Source: an uncultured Candidatus Rokubacteria bacterium (GTDB lineage: Bacteria; Methylomirabilota; Methylomirabilia; Rokubacteriales; CSP1-6). Taken from it: 64,000 bases of DNA. The DNA lies in NCBI GenBank assembly GCA_963747235.1, contig CAVVEU010000015.1:32001-96000 (forward strand), written 5' to 3'. Shown here one piece after another: positions 47,472 through 57,469 of the stretch. The notes under the pieces were generated by a model, which did no database searches, was not told where the DNA came from, and saw only the letters and a program-made list of their open reading frames with translations. Position numbers and translations under genes: made by a program. Numbering within the stretch: the stretch's first letter is position 1; each line of letters starts with the position of its first letter.

Positions 47472-48266
47472 ATGCTCGTCGGCGCCTTCGCGGTCGCGCA
47501 TACCCCGCAGCTCCTGATCCGCCCGGAGACCGAGGACCGCGACCTGGTGCTGCGCGTCCACGCGGCGATGGGGCGGGTCAAGCGGCGCCTCCAGGAGCTG
47601 CGGCCCGACGCGATCGCGATCGTCGCGGGCGACCACGTCGAGGCGTTCTTCCTGGACGCGGTGCCCGCGCTCGCGGTCTACGTGGGGCGCGAGTGCTCCG
47701 GCACCTTCGGCCCCTACCGCTACCGCCTCGACATCCACGAGCCGCTCGCGCGCGCGGTCGTCGAGCAGGGCATCGAGCGCGGCTTCGATCTCCTCTACAC
47801 CCAGGACGCCAAGCTCGACTACGCCTTCTACGTGCCGCTGCACTTCGTGATGCCGGAGCCCGCGCGGCCCATCGTCCCGCTGCACGTCAACGTGTACCTG
47901 CCGCCCCAGCCGACGCCCGCGCGCTGCCACGCCTGGGGCGTGGCGCTCGGCGAGATCCTCCGCGCGCGCCCGGAGCGCGTGGCCCTCATCGCCTCGGGCG
48001 GCATGTCGCACTTCCCGGGCACCGACCGCTACGCCTCGCCCGAGTTCGACTACGACCGCGGCCTGCTCGAGCTGCTCCGCGAGGGGCGCGGCCGCGAGCT
48101 CGCGCGCGTCACCGGGGAAGAGCTCGACAAGCGGGGCAACATCGAGCTGCGCACCTGGATCACCCTGCTGGGCGCGGTGGGCGACGCGCGCGCGGACGTG
48201 TACTGCTACGAGCCCTCGTGGCATCACGGCAACGCGGTGGTGGAATGGCCGCTCCCGCCCGCGTGA
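47472..48266 (+). CDS. Extradiol ring-cleavage dioxygenase, LigB-like subunit
   Basis: AHTP, GDHVEAF, IASGGMSHFPG, GNIELRTW. Confidence 0.82.
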   Translation: MLVGAFAVAHTPQLLIRPETEDRDLVLRVHAAMGRVKRRLQELRPDAIAIVAGDHVEAFFLDAVPALAVYVGRECSGTFGPYRYRLDIHEPLARAVVEQGIERGFDLLYTQDAKLDYAFYVPLHFVMPEPARPIVPLHVNVYLPPQPTPARCHAWGVALGEILRARPERVALIASGGMSHFPGTDRYASPEFDYDRGLLELLREGRGRELARVTGEELDKRGNIELRTWITLLGAVGDARADVYCYEPSWHHGNAVVEWPLPPA

Positions 48267-48276
48267 GCCCGATCGC

Positions 48277-48555
48277 ATGAGCGAGGCCGCCCACTACCGC
48301 TTCCCGCCGTCCGAGGCCTACCGGCTCAACCGCTGCCTCTACGCGCTCAAGTCCGACCCGGCCTTCATCGAGCGCTTCCTCGCCGATCCGGTCGCGGCCA
48401 CCGTCGAGATGGGCCTGACCGACGGCGAGCGGGCCGACCTGCGCCGCATGGATCGCGACGCGCTGGTGGCCCGCGGCGCCCATCCCTACCTGGTCTTCAT
48501 GGCCGGGCTGCGGCTCAAGATGGCGGCCGAGCCCGGCGCGCTCGAGTACTTCTAG
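48277..48555 (+). CDS. LigA-like small subunit of ring-cleavage dioxygenase
   Basis: YRLNRCLYAL...ERFLADP..GLTDGER...D..L..GAHPYL; adjacent to ligB-like gene. Confidence 0.75.
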   Translation: MSEAAHYRFPPSEAYRLNRCLYALKSDPAFIERFLADPVAATVEMGLTDGERADLRRMDRDALVARGAHPYLVFMAGLRLKMAAEPGALEYF

Positions 48556-48950
48556 CCGCTCGACACCTCGAGGCGCGTGGCGACCAGCTTCGCGCCGCGC
48601 TCCTCGTAGAACGCCTTCACCTTCGCGCCCTCCTGGAGATCGGCGAACCGTGCCTCCCGGCCGTTCACCTGGATCAGGGTCTCGGGGACGACCTCGAGGG
48701 TCTTGCCGAGCAGGCCCAGAAAGATCGAGACGTCCACGCTCTCGGTCCGCCCGTCCACCCGCGTGAGCGTGCCCTCGATCATGCCGGGCGCCCGCACGAG
48801 CCGGTCCAGGCGCGGCCCGGACGGCTGCAGCGGGTGGGGCTGGCCCTGCGCAAATCCCCGTTCGGTCGAGACCACCAGCAGCGCGAGCCCGAGCATCGCC
48901 CCGAGCAGTGGGCCGAGCACTGGCCCGAGCATTGGATTCTCTCGCGTCAT
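48552..48950 (-). CDS. Hypothetical exported small beta-barrel protein (DUF5666-like)
   Basis: Signal peptide; ETLIQVNGREARFADLQEGAKVKAFYE...VATRLEV. Confidence 0.6.
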   Translation of the reverse strand: MTRENPMLGPVLGPLLGAMLGLALLVVSTERGFAQGQPHPLQPSGPRLDRLVRAPGMIEGTLTRVDGRTESVDVSIFLGLLGKTLEVVPETLIQVNGREARFADLQEGAKVKAFYEERGAKLVATRLEVSSG

Positions 48951-49142
48951 GACGTGTCCTCCCGTTCCGCGAGGCGTTGGCCCCGCTTCCGCATAGAGAC
49001 ACAGCAAGGGCGATACCAGGCCCGGCAATCGAGGGGTCGAAGGCCCGATTGGGGAGCCCGGGCGCTCATCAGGATGTAAGGCTTACACGCGATGGGAACG
49101 TAAGATGTTCCGGTGAGGTTCCACATCGTGAGAGGAGGCGAG

Positions 49143-49316
49143 ATGCGACGACGCTATCGACGGCTGGCCCGGAGGTTCCGGTCCATCGCCTTCATCGCCA
49201 CCGTGTTCCGCACCTACCGGGCGGCCCGGCGGCGAGGCCAGACTCGCCTCACCGCGCTGCGCTTCGGCCGCGCGGTGGCCCAGTGGCGGCGCCACAACGG
49301 GGCCGCGCATTCGTAG
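49143..49316 (+). CDS. Small Arg-rich hypothetical peptide (57 aa)
   Basis: Strong RBS AGAGGAGG before ATG. Confidence 0.4.
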   Translation: MRRRYRRLARRFRSIAFIATVFRTYRAARRRGQTRLTALRFGRAVAQWRRHNGAAHS

Positions 49317-49774
49317 ACGCGCGCTGCTCCGCCTGGCGCTGGCCGGCCTCGCGGCGGGGACGCCGGCCCTGGCCCGCGCGCAGACCCCGGCCTCGGTCGC
49401 GACCGCCGCGCCGGAGCCGGTGACGCGCGAGCTGCAGCAGGCGCTCACCGCCGCCACCGAGCGCTTCCAGGCGCTGGACTCGCCGGGCGTGCTCGCCCAC
49501 GTGTCCGAGCAGTACCGCAACGGGCCCTTCACCAAGCCGGCGCTCCGCGAGCACCTGCTGGCCATGTTCACCCTCTACGACACGGTGCGCGCCCGCATCC
49601 GCGTGGACGAGGTGCGTCTGGTGGACGGCGCCGCGTGGGTCTTCTCGACCGGCGAGATCACGGGGCGCCTCCGCGGCATCGGCCTCTGGACCTCCGCGCT
49701 CGACCTGGGAGCGCGAGCCCGACGTCGCCCGCAAGGAGAACGGCGCCTGGCGCCTGGTCGGACCGGGCCCCTAG
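49300..49774 (+). CDS. NTF2-like exported protein; frameshifted, start approximate
   Basis: Signal-like region, FQALDSPGVLAHVSEQY, beta strands, ends RKENGAWRLVGPGP. Confidence 0.55.
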
Positions 49775-49787
49775 TCCAGGGGCCGCC

Positions 49788-50496
49788 CTAGAAGAACGGC
49801 GAGTAGTACTGGCGGAAGGCGCGGAAGTACGGGACGCCGCTGACGCCGCAGAGCGGCGCGGCGTGAAAGCGCTCGTCGCGCGGGTCGAAGCGGACGATCC
49901 CCGGCTCCGTCCGGATCGTTGGGGTCGTAGACGATGAAGTCCACCGCGTCCGCGCCGTCCGCGCGGTAGTCGAAGGCCAGCACCGAGTGGTTGAACTTGA
50001 TCCGCGGGAAGTCGGTCACGAAGAGCTGCACCGGCCGCCCCGCCCGTAGCTCGGCCACCGTCTCGCGCGCCACCCGCTCCTGCTGCCCGGGCAGCGACGG
50101 GAACGTCATCCGCCAGTTCGTCCAGTGCACGAGCGTCCAGAAGCGCCCCCGCAGCCCATCCTTGACCGCGGCCACCTCCGCGCGGGTGAAGGCGTGGAGC
50201 GACGCGTAGCCCGGAATGACGATGCGCTCGGCGGCGGGCAGCGGCGCCCGCCACGCGCCGCGCCGCGTGACCCGGTGGACGAGCTCCGCGTACGCGGCGG
50301 ACGCCAGGCGCGGCTCCTCCGGCGCGAAGCGCGCGAAGCGCCGGAACTGCCCGACCGCGCGCGCCATCAGGAAGCAGCGATTGCAGTACATGTCGGGCTG
50401 GCCGCGGTGGTGGATGCGGCTGTCGTTGCGGAAGGCGAAGGTGTCCACGCCGAAACCCAGCACCGGGCCCGACGACGGACGGGGAAGGGCGAGCAT
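49788..50496 (-). CDS. Hypothetical protein (possible Cys peptidase-like fold); frameshift near 49900
   Basis: DTFAFRN, YCNRCFLMAR, FNHSVLAF, VYDPND; perfect TATAAT upstream. Confidence 0.6.
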
Positions 50497-50561
50497 CGCG
50501 ACGCTGATTATACGGTATGCTACGGCGCGCCGCCCGGAGGCGGCCACGGGAGGAATCGGAT

Positions 50562-52886
50562 CTGACCGCCGTCCTGCTGCTCTACGCGCTCACGCTCTTC
50601 GCGGGCGCCACGCTCCTGTTCGCGATGCAGCCGATGGTGGGCAAGATGATCCTGCCGCTGCTCGGCGGCACGCCCGCGGTGTGGAGCACCTGCATGGTGT
50701 TCTTCCAGGCCGCGCTCCTCGGCGGCTACGCCTACGCGCACGCGAGCACCGCGCGCCTGCGGCCCTCGCGCCAGGCGCTCCTGCACCTGATCGTCCTCGC
50801 GGTGCCCCTCGCGGTGCTGCCCCTGGCCGTGAACCCGCGCCTGCTGCGGGGCGGCGAGGCGAACCCGGTGCTCGACGTGCTCACGCTCCTCTCGGTCTCG
50901 GTGGGCCTGCCGTTCCTGGTGGTGAGCGCGACCGCGCCGCTGCTCCAGCAGTGGTTCACCCGGACCGGGCACCCGGCCGCGCGCGATCCCTACTTCCTCT
51001 ACGCGGCCAGCAATCTCGGCAGCATGCTGGCGCTGCTGGGCTACCCGACCCTCGTCGAGCCGCGCCTGCCGCTGCAGGGGCCGAGCTGGCTCACCCAGAC
51101 CACGCTGTGGAGCGTGGGCTACGGCGTGCTCGCGGTGCTGACCGCGCTCTGCGCGCTGACCCTCTGGTGGAAGCCGGCGGGCGCGGTGGCCGCAGCCCCG
51201 CCCCAAGATTCGGACAACGCGGCGGACGCGCCCGCCGAGCCGGCGCCCGGCTGGCGGCGCCGGCTCCACTGGATCGCTCTGGCCTTCGTGCCCTCGAGCC
51301 TGCTGCTCGGCGCGACCACCTACATCACGACGGATCTGGCCGCGGTGCCGCTCCTGTGGGTCCTGCCGCTCGCGATCTACCTGCTGACCTTCATCCTCGC
51401 CTTCGGCCGCTGGCCGCGGATGCTCCATCGCGCGACCGTCGCGATCACCCTGCCCCTCGTCCTGGTGGTGATCTTCCTGATGGTCTCCTCGCTGCCCGAG
51501 CGCATCTGGGTCACCGTGCTCTGGCACTTCGGCGTGCTCTTCGTGCTCGCGCTCGCCTGCCACGGCGCGCTCGCCCTCGACCGCCCCGCTCCGCGCCACC
51601 TGACCGAGTTCTACCTGCTGATCTCGGTGGGCGGCGTGCTGGGCGGCCTCTTCAACGCCCTGCTCGCCCCGCTGATCTTCTCCTCGCTGATCGAGTACCC
51701 GCTGGTCATGGTGCTGGCCTGCGTGCTGCTCCGCGCGGGCCGCGGCGACGCGGGGCTCGGGCTCGGCGCCGGCGCCCTGCGGGCCGCGGCCCTCGTGCTG
51801 GTGGTCGCGGCCCTCGCCCTCGTCCTCTACTCGGAGTCGGCCACGCTCCGGGTGGACTTCTCGTTCCTGGCCCGCGTGCTCGAGTGGAGCAGCGCGCAGG
51901 TCGGCGAGCGGCTCGATCCGATCGAGCGGCCGCTCAACAAGGCGCTGATCTACGGCCCGCCGCTGGTGCTCGCCTGGCTCCTGCGACGCCGGCCGCTCCA
52001 CCTGGGGCTGGCGCTGGCCGCGGTGCTGCTGGTGGCCGGCTTCGTGGACGCGCGCAACAACGACCAGATCCGCCAGAGCCGCTCCTTCTTCGGCGTGCTC
52101 CGCATCTCCCGCGATCGCGACCCGAAGGGCTACACCGAGCTGCGCCACGGCACCACGCTGCACGGGCGGCAGAGCCTCGAGCCCTCGCGGCGCGCGGAGC
52201 CGCTCTCCTACTACCAGAGCAAAGGCCCCATCGGCCAGCTCTTCGCCGAGCTCGACCGCCGACCCGGCGCGGTGCGAATGGCGGTGATCGGGCTCGGCAC
52301 CGGCACGCTCGCGGCCTACGCGCGGCCCGGCGATCGCGTCACCTTCTACGAGATCGATCGCCTCGTGCGCGACGTGGCCTTCGATCCCCGCTACTTCACC
52401 TACGCGGCGGACGCGCGCGACCGCGGGGCCAGCCTGCGGATGGAGCTGGGCGACGCGCGCATCCGCCTGGAGGCGGTGCGCCGGGACCGGCCGGAGGAGC
52501 GCTACGACGTGATCCTGGTGGACGCCTTCACCTCGGACGCGATCCCGGTGCATCTCCTCACCCGGGAGGCCCTGCGGCTCTACTTCGAGATGCTCGGGCC
52601 GCGCGGCATCCTCGCGCTGCACATCTCCAACCGCTACCTGCGCCTCGAGCCGGTGGTGGCCAACCTGGCGGTGGACCGCGGCTACGCGCGCCTGCTCCAG
52701 CACGGCGACACCGGCGACGTGCGCGGCGGCGTGGAGGCGAGCTGGGCGCTGCTGGCCCGGCGTCCGGAAGACTTCGGCGAGCTGGTGTCGGACTCGCGGT
52801 GGACGGTGGCGTCGCTGGATCCGGAGCCCGCGGTCGGCACCTGGACCGACGACTTCCACAACCTGCTCTCGGTATTCAAGTGGTGA
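50562..52886 (+). CDS. Fused multi-TM / spermidine synthase-like SAM-dependent transferase
   Basis: QPMVGKMILPLLGG, DPYFLYAASNLGS, HGTTLHG, IGLGTGTLA, YEID, GDAR, DAFTSDAIPVHLLT, WTDDF; RBS GGAGG before CTG. Confidence 0.85.
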   Translation: MTAVLLLYALTLFAGATLLFAMQPMVGKMILPLLGGTPAVWSTCMVFFQAALLGGYAYAHASTARLRPSRQALLHLIVLAVPLAVLPLAVNPRLLRGGEANPVLDVLTLLSVSVGLPFLVVSATAPLLQQWFTRTGHPAARDPYFLYAASNLGSMLALLGYPTLVEPRLPLQGPSWLTQTTLWSVGYGVLAVLTALCALTLWWKPAGAVAAAPPQDSDNAADAPAEPAPGWRRRLHWIALAFVPSSLLLGATTYITTDLAAVPLLWVLPLAIYLLTFILAFGRWPRMLHRATVAITLPLVLVVIFLMVSSLPERIWVTVLWHFGVLFVLALACHGALALDRPAPRHLTEFYLLISVGGVLGGLFNALLAPLIFSSLIEYPLVMVLACVLLRAGRGDAGLGLGAGALRAAALVLVVAALALVLYSESATLRVDFSFLARVLEWSSAQVGERLDPIERPLNKALIYGPPLVLAWLLRRRPLHLGLALAAVLLVAGFVDARNNDQIRQSRSFFGVLRISRDRDPKGYTELRHGTTLHGRQSLEPSRRAEPLSYYQSKGPIGQLFAELDRRPGAVRMAVIGLGTGTLAAYARPGDRVTFYEIDRLVRDVAFDPRYFTYAADARDRGASLRMELGDARIRLEAVRRDRPEERYDVILVDAFTSDAIPVHLLTREALRLYFEMLGPRGILALHISNRYLRLEPVVANLAVDRGYARLLQHGDTGDVRGGVEASWALLARRPEDFGELVSDSRWTVASLDPEPAVGTWTDDFHNLLSVFKW

Positions 52887-54498
52887 GGAAGCGCCGGCGG
52901 CGGCGCAGGATCTCGCGCGCCGCGTTCCACCCGGGCGAGCCCATCACCCCGCCGCCCGGGTGCGCGGCGGCCCCGCAAAGGTAGAGGCCCGCCACCGGCG
53001 TCCGGTAGCCCGCGTGGCCCGGCACCGGGCGCAGCGAGAAGAGCTGGCCCGGCGTCATCGCGCCCTGGAAGATGTTGCCGCCGGTGAGCCCGAACACGCG
53101 CTCGATGTCGAGCGGGGTCAGCACCTGGCGCGCCAGCACCGAGCGGCTGAAGTTGGGCGCGTACTCGTCGAGCAGCGCGAAGCACCGGTCGGCGAAGGCC
53201 TCGCCGATCTGGTCCCAGCTCGTCCCCCGGAGCGCATAGGGCGCGTACTGCACGAAGATGGACATGAGGTGGCGGCCGGGCGGCGCCACGGTGGGATCCA
53301 CCACCGAGGGGATGGTGCACTCGAGCACCGGCCGCTCCGACGGGCGGCCGTACTTCGCGTCGTCGTACGCGCGCTCGATGTAGTCGAGATCGGGGCAGAT
53401 GTGGATGGTGCCGCGGTGCTGGGGCCCGGGCGTGGTGCCGGGACACGCGGTGAAGCTCGGCAGCTCGCTCAGGGCCACGTTGATCTTGAGCGAGGCGCTC
53501 TCGTAGGAGATGCGCGACACCGCGTCGCGGAAGGCGGGCGGCAGCGCCTCCGGGGCGAGCAGGCGGAGGAAGGTCACGTGGGCGTCGGCGTTGCTCGCCA
53601 CGATCCGGGCGCGGCATTCTTCCCCGCTCTCGAGCGCCACCCCGGTCACCCGGCCGTCGCGCACCGTGATGCGGGCCACCGGCGCCTCGCAGCGGATCTC
53701 GACGCCCAGGTCGCGCGCCGCGCGCGCCAGCGCCTGGGTGAGCCCGCCCATGCCGCCGCGCACGTACCCCCACACGCCGCGCCGGCCGTCGGTCTCGCCC
53801 ATGACGTGGTGGAAGAGCACGTAGCCGGTGCCCGGCGTGGACGGGCTCGCCATCGCGCCGATGATCGCGTCGGTGGCGAGCGTGGCCTTGAGCTCGGTGG
53901 ATTCGAACCAGCGGTCGAGGATCGTCCGCGCGGGCCCGGTGAGCAGCTCGACCGCCTCGGAGGCCCCGTCGCCCAGGCGCGCGAAGCTGCGGCCCAGGCC
54001 CAGGAGCTGGAGCAGCCCGCGCGGGCCGGGCCGCAGCAGATCGGGCGGCGTCATGCCGAGCGTCGGCTCGACGAAGGCGGCCACCCGCTCCAGCATGGCC
54101 TCGTATTCCGGATAGCGGGCCGCGTCGCGCGCGCTGAACTTGGCGATCTCGGCGCGCGTCAGCTCCGCGTCCGGCCCCAGGGTGAGCGAGCGGCCGTCGG
54201 GCAGCGGCGTGAAGGACGACGGGCTGCGCGGGAGCACCTCGAAGCCGTAGTCGCCCAGGCGCAGGTCGCGGACGATCTCCTTGCGGAAGAGGCTGTTGAC
54301 GTAGGCCGCGGTCGAGACCTTGAAGCCCGGGAAGGTCTCCTCGGTCACGCAGGCGCCGCCCACCAGGTACCGCCGCTCCAGCACCAGCACGCGCAGCCCC
54401 GCGCGCGCCAGGTAGCAGGCGGTGACGAGCCCGTTGTGCCCCGCGCCGATCACGATCGCGTCGTGCCCGCGCCGGCGGCCGGCGGGCACCGGCGTCAC
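52876..54498 (-). CDS. Phytoene dehydrogenase-like FAD oxidoreductase (PYROXD2-like)
   Basis: IGAGHNGLVTACYLA, GGACVTEE, GGMGGL, GGNIF, YLCGAAAHPGGGVMG. Confidence 0.88.
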   Translation of the reverse strand: MTPVPAGRRRGHDAIVIGAGHNGLVTACYLARAGLRVLVLERRYLVGGACVTEETFPGFKVSTAAYVNSLFRKEIVRDLRLGDYGFEVLPRSPSSFTPLPDGRSLTLGPDAELTRAEIAKFSARDAARYPEYEAMLERVAAFVEPTLGMTPPDLLRPGPRGLLQLLGLGRSFARLGDGASEAVELLTGPARTILDRWFESTELKATLATDAIIGAMASPSTPGTGYVLFHHVMGETDGRRGVWGYVRGGMGGLTQALARAARDLGVEIRCEAPVARITVRDGRVTGVALESGEECRARIVASNADAHVTFLRLLAPEALPPAFRDAVSRISYESASLKINVALSELPSFTACPGTTPGPQHRGTIHICPDLDYIERAYDDAKYGRPSERPVLECTIPSVVDPTVAPPGRHLMSIFVQYAPYALRGTSWDQIGEAFADRCFALLDEYAPNFSRSVLARQVLTPLDIERVFGLTGGNIFQGAMTPGQLFSLRPVPGHAGYRTPVAGLYLCGAAAHPGGGVMGSPGWNAAREILRRRRRFLTT

Positions 54499-55463
54499 TC
54501 GATCACCTGATCCGCGCGCAGCAGGAACGATGGCGGCATCGTCAGTCCGAGAGCCTTGGCGGTCTTGAGATTGACGATCAGCTCGTACTTGGTGGGCAGC
54601 TCGATCGGCAGGTCGCCGGGCTGGGCACCCTTGAGGAGGCGATCGACATAGACCGGCACCCGTTGCTCCCACAGCTCGATGACGTTCGGACCGTAGGACA
54701 TGAGGCCTCCCGCGTCCGCCACTTCCCGGAAGGGCGCGACGAGCGGGAGCCGGTGCTTGACCGCGAGATCGGCGATACGCTGTCGCTCTCCGAAGAACGC
54801 CGAGCTGGACAGCATGAGGAGCGCGTCGGCGCCTTCTCGCTTCAGCGCGGAGAGCGCGCCATCGTACTGGGACGACCCTTCCACCTCGACCACGTGCGGC
54901 CGGAGGCCCAGCGCGCGGGCCGCTCCCTCGGCGGCCCGAACCTGCGCACCGGCCCGAGGCCAGGCGAGCACTCCCACGCGGCGCGCCCCGGGGAGCACGA
55001 GCTTGAGGAGCTCGAGGCGCTTGCCGATCAGCTCGGGCGCATGGAGCGTGATGCCGGTGAGGTTACCGCCGGGCCGCGCGAGGCTCGTCACCCAGCCCTC
55101 CTCGACCGGATCGTCCACCGCGAACGTCATGACGGTCGGGATCGCGTGGGTGGCCGCCCGCGCGGCCCGGATCCCGACGCTGCTGACCAGGAGAACGTCG
55201 ACCTTGAGGCCGACGAGCTCGGCGGCCAGCGCGGGCAGCCGCGCGAGGTCCCCGCGCGCGTAGCGCTGCTCGAGGATCAGGTTCTGCCCGGGCACCCAGC
55301 CCAGACGACGCATGCCGTGCCCGAAGGCCGCGATCGAGGGGCCCGGACCTCCCGGCGACAGGATCCCGACGCGATAGACCCGCCCGGCCGGCTGCGCCAG
55401 CACGACCCGCACCGAGGTCAGGGCGGTCCCCGCGATCGCGCCGATGAAAGCCCGCCGGTTCAT
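54495..55463 (-). CDS. ABC_sub_bind (PF04392-like) substrate-binding protein
   Basis: MNRRAFI signal, SLARPGGNLTG, KRLELLK, GGLMSYGP, VNLKTAKALGLT. Confidence 0.88.
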   Translation of the reverse strand: MNRRAFIGAIAGTALTSVRVVLAQPAGRVYRVGILSPGGPGPSIAAFGHGMRRLGWVPGQNLILEQRYARGDLARLPALAAELVGLKVDVLLVSSVGIRAARAATHAIPTVMTFAVDDPVEEGWVTSLARPGGNLTGITLHAPELIGKRLELLKLVLPGARRVGVLAWPRAGAQVRAAEGAARALGLRPHVVEVEGSSQYDGALSALKREGADALLMLSSSAFFGERQRIADLAVKHRLPLVAPFREVADAGGLMSYGPNVIELWEQRVPVYVDRLLKGAQPGDLPIELPTKYELIVNLKTAKALGLTMPPSFLLRADQVIE

Positions 55464-55501
55464 TGCCTGGCCCGCCGCGATCCGCTATTGTCACGGGCGC
55501 C

Positions 55502-55972
55502 ATGACCTTCGAGCCGGTGACGCCGCGCCTCGAGCGCCTGTGCCGGGCGACGGTGGAGATCGCCGCGCCCCTCGTGGTCGGCGACACGCCGGTCGGCCTT
55601 CGCCGCATCATCCCGATCACCGGCGGGCGGGTCGAGGGCGCGCGCTTCTCCGGGGACGTGCTGACCGGCGGCGCCGACTGGCAGATCGTGCGGGCCGACG
55701 GGGGCGCGGTGCTCGAAGCGCGCTACACCGTGCGCACCCCCGACGGGGCGCTCGTCTACGTGCGGAACATCGGCCTGCGCTGCGGGCCGCCCGAGGTGCT
55801 GGCGCGGCTCGGACGCGGCGAGCCGGTCGATCCCGCGTCCTACTACTTCCGCACCACGCCCCGCTTCGAGACCGGCGCGCCGGCCCATGCGTGGCTCAAC
55901 GACGTGATCGCGGTGGGCTCGGCGGTGCGGCGGGCCGACGCGGTGATCCTGGACTTCTACGTGGTCGCCTAG
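55502..55972 (+). CDS. DUF3237-family protein
   Basis: GLRRIIPITGG, GGADWQ, EARY, YYFRTTPRFET, WLN. Confidence 0.88.
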   Translation: MTFEPVTPRLERLCRATVEIAAPLVVGDTPVGLRRIIPITGGRVEGARFSGDVLTGGADWQIVRADGGAVLEARYTVRTPDGALVYVRNIGLRCGPPEVLARLGRGEPVDPASYYFRTTPRFETGAPAHAWLNDVIAVGSAVRRADAVILDFYVVA

Positions 55973-55996
55973 CGGGTCGGACAACGTATCGCGCGG

Positions 55997-57010
55997 CTAC
56001 CGGATCACGCGCCCCGCGCGGCCCACCATCGCGGTCGGGATGGTGATCCCCAGCGCGGCCGCGGTCTTCAGGTTGACCGCCAGCTCGAATCGGGTGGGCC
56101 GCTCGACCGGGAGATCGGCGGGTTTGGCGCCCTTGAGGATCTTGTCCACGTACGCCGCGACGCGGGTATTGACCTCGGCCAGGCTCGGGCCGTAGGACAG
56201 CAGGCCGCCCGCCTCCACGATCTCCGGCCACTCGTACATCGCGGGCAGCCGGTGGCTGGCCGCGAGCTGCAGGATCCGCTCGCGGTTGCTCGAGAGGATC
56301 GGGTCGGTGGTGACGAAGAGCGCCCGGGCCCCACCCCGCGTGACGGTCGCGAAGGCGTCGGGATACTGCTCGGGCAGCCGCGCGTCGGCCACGTGGATCT
56401 CCAGCGCCATCGTCCGCCCCGCCGTCTCGGTCTCCCGCGCCTCGGCCGCGCTGCTCGGATTGCGGAGGTTGGCCAGAACCGCGACCCGGCGCAGGCCGGG
56501 CAGGCATTCGCGGAGCATCTCGAGCCGCTTGCCGGCCAGCTCCGGGAAGTAGGTGGTCACACCGGTGACGTTGCTGCCGGGACGGGCGAGGCTGGCCACG
56601 AACAGGCCCGCGACCGGGTCGGTGCCGCTCACCATCACGATGGGGATGGTGGACGTCGCGTTCTCGGCCGCCCGGATCGCGGGCGAGGACACCGCGACGA
56701 TCAGGTCCACCCCGCTCCGCACCAGGTCGGCGGCCAGATCGGGCAGGCGCTCGAAGTCCTCGTTGGCCCCGCGGATCTCGAACCGGACGTCGCGGCCTTC
56801 CACGTAGCCCAGGTCGCGCAGGCGCTGCCGCAGCTCGACCATGCCCCCGCGGGCCGACACCGACGACGGGGTGAGGTAGCCCACGCGGGCGACGCGTCCC
56901 TGCTGGGCGGGAGCCGCCCGCGGGAGGAGGAGAGCCCCGGCGGCCCCCATCGTCACGAACGTCGCGACGAACGCCCGCCGATCCGCCGCCGCTCCCGAGC
57001 CCCTGATCAT
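55997..57010 (-). CDS. ABC_sub_bind (PF04392-like) substrate-binding protein
   Basis: DRRAFV, LGYVEG, SLARPGSNVTG, GGLLSYGP, YVDKILKGAKPADLPVE. Confidence 0.88.
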   Translation of the reverse strand: MIRGSGAAADRRAFVATFVTMGAAGALLLPRAAPAQQGRVARVGYLTPSSVSARGGMVELRQRLRDLGYVEGRDVRFEIRGANEDFERLPDLAADLVRSGVDLIVAVSSPAIRAAENATSTIPIVMVSGTDPVAGLFVASLARPGSNVTGVTTYFPELAGKRLEMLRECLPGLRRVAVLANLRNPSSAAEARETETAGRTMALEIHVADARLPEQYPDAFATVTRGGARALFVTTDPILSSNRERILQLAASHRLPAMYEWPEIVEAGGLLSYGPSLAEVNTRVAAYVDKILKGAKPADLPVERPTRFELAVNLKTAAALGITIPTAMVGRAGRVIR

Positions 57011-57078
57011 TGGAGTCCCTCGCCCACCCGTCGTAGAATAGCTGGAACCGGGACCAGGTCAACAATCGCGGAGGCTAC

Positions 57079-57456
57079 ATGGGACGAGCGCGTATCCTGG
57101 TGATCGACGACGAGCGCGCGGTGCGCGACCTGATCTCGGACGCCCTGAACATCGAAGGCCACGAGGTCGTCACCGCCGAGAACGGCAAGGAAGGTCTCGA
57201 CCTCATCGGCCAGTACCGCTTCGACCTCGTGTTCTGCGACCTGCGCATGCCCGAGATGGACGGCCAGGCCTTGTACGAGGAGGTCCAGCGGAATCATCCG
57301 CAGGTGCTCAAGCGGATCGTCTTCGTGACCGCCCAGGCGAACTCGTCGGACTATGGCCCGTTCCTGCGCGAGACCGGGATCCCGGTCATCGAGAAGCCCT
57401 TCACGCTGAGCCAGCTCCGGCAGGCGGTCGGGAAGGTGGTCGGGCAGACGCGGTAG
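57079..57456 (+). CDS. Single-domain response regulator
   Basis: ILVIDDE, FCDLRMPEMDG, FVT, KPF; RBS GGAGG. Confidence 0.9.
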   Translation: MGRARILVIDDERAVRDLISDALNIEGHEVVTAENGKEGLDLIGQYRFDLVFCDLRMPEMDGQALYEEVQRNHPQVLKRIVFVTAQANSSDYGPFLRETGIPVIEKPFTLSQLRQAVGKVVGQTR

Positions 57457-57469
57457 ACGGCCCGCGCCG

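Noticed and set aside
48890-48932. Repeated GCCCGAGCA units
   Set aside because: Coding repeats (LGPV/LGPL/LGAM) within a signal peptide
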